Below, one piece after another: positions 62,658 through 64,000 of a stretch of DNA of 64,000 bases; the first letter of the stretch is position 1; each line of letters begins with the position of its first letter. Location: NCBI GenBank assembly GCA_963804995.1, contig CAWDSK010000006.1:384001-448000 (forward strand), read 5' to 3'. The position numbers and the translations under genes were made by a program. Under the pieces are notes generated by a model that was given only the letters and a program-made list of their open reading frames with translations, ran no database searches and was not told the origin of the DNA. This DNA is from an uncultured Acidobacteriota bacterium (GTDB lineage: Bacteria; Acidobacteriota; Terriglobia; UBA7540).

Positions 62658-62742
62658 CCAGAAACCTTTCGCACCCCCGCGCCCGCATTGAAAATCACGG
62701 ACACACGTACGGGAGGCTCTTTGGCTGTTGCCAAACCCTACA

Positions 62743-62772
62743 AATTTAACAGACCAAGCAAAAAACTGTCAA
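62743..62772 (-). promoter_or_regulatory. Sigma70 promoter of the str operon
   Basis: Minus strand TTGACA (62772-62767), 18-bp spacer ending TGT, TAAATT (62748-62743): extended -10. Confidence 0.7.
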
Positions 62773-62801
62773 GGGGTGGTGATCAAGAAATGTCAGATTT
62801 C

Positions 62802-63362
62802 TTACCGCATTTCCAGAATTTCCCGCTCCTTGCTCTTGGCATGACCTTCCAGCTTCTCCATGAAGTCATCGGTGAGCTTCTGAATCTCTTCCAGCGCCCG
62901 CCGCTCGTCGTCTTCCGAGATCTTCTTGTCCTTCAGGAGCTTCTTCGCTGCTTCGTTGGCGTCGCGCCGGATATTACGGACCGCGGTGCGATGGTTCTCC
63001 ATCACCTTGTGTAAATGCTTGACCAATTCCTTCCGCCTTTCCTCCGTGAGGGGCGGGATGGGCACCTTCAGAATCTTGCCATCGTTGACGGGATTCAACC
63101 CCAGGTCCGAGGAGCGGATTACCTTCTCAATCACCCCCAACAGGCTCGGGTCCCAGGGTTGCACGGTCAGCATCGAAGGCTCTGGAACTCCCAGGGTGGC
63201 CACTTGATTCAGCGGTGTGGGCGTCCCGTAATACTCCACCTTCAGATGATCGAGCAAAGCCGTGGAAGCGCGTCCGGTACGCACTCCCGCGAGTTCCACC
63301 CGCAGATCTTCGGCAGCCTTCGTCATGCGGGTTCTAGTCTGTGCCATCGTTTCTTTGATCAT
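62802..63362 (-). CDS. frr: Ribosome recycling factor
   Basis: RTGRAS, YYG..TPLNQVA, PPLTEERRKEL, VRNIRRDAN. Confidence 0.98.
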   Translation of the reverse strand: MIKETMAQTRTRMTKAAEDLRVELAGVRTGRASTALLDHLKVEYYGTPTPLNQVATLGVPEPSMLTVQPWDPSLLGVIEKVIRSSDLGLNPVNDGKILKVPIPPLTEERRKELVKHLHKVMENHRTAVRNIRRDANEAAKKLLKDKKISEDDERRALEEIQKLTDDFMEKLEGHAKSKEREILEMR

Positions 63363-63387
63363 CGTACCCGCCTTTCCGGCCCGGCCC

Positions 63388-64000
<613 letters not shown>

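Overview
GC-rich bacterial chromosome segment, most likely from an Acidobacteriota (Terriglobia-like) genome. This is inferred from the Oar-like TonB-dependent receptor, the many Tat-exported sugar enzymes and the repeat families. (1) 1-718: the 5' end of a type I (probably I-C) cas3 running off the left edge, absent from the ORF track. (2) 1.6-27 kb: an envelope and carbohydrate-catabolism region with a Tat-exported orphan, a GH3 with a non-canonical active site, a TonB-dependent receptor, TPR proteins, a Gfo/Idh/MocA oxidoreductase, an FGE-hydrolase fusion, a SelA-like PLP enzyme, a PIG-L/GalB-like protein, a ceramidase-like protein, a sugar kinase-pyrophosphorylase fusion and an alpha/beta hydrolase. 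(3) 27-34.3 kb: a decayed mvhG...hdrA-mvhD-tusA cluster interrupted by about 4.4 kb of antitoxin remnants, orphan genes and a TPR gene carrying two in-frame REP doublets. (4) 34.7-41.6 kb: oxidoreductase, DUF6807, CocE/NonD, VOC and MFS genes. (5) 41.7-64 kb: a complete str-S10-spc-alpha ribosomal superoperon on the minus strand, preceded by pyrH-frr. Intergenic spaces hold several families of GTAG-type REP doublets, nested mini-palindromes and TIR-bounded MITE-like elements. Three frameshifts all fall at the same GAACGT motif. I found no CRISPR array, rRNA, tRNA, integrase, transposase or reverse transcriptase. All family assignments come from motif recognition by eye, not database searches.
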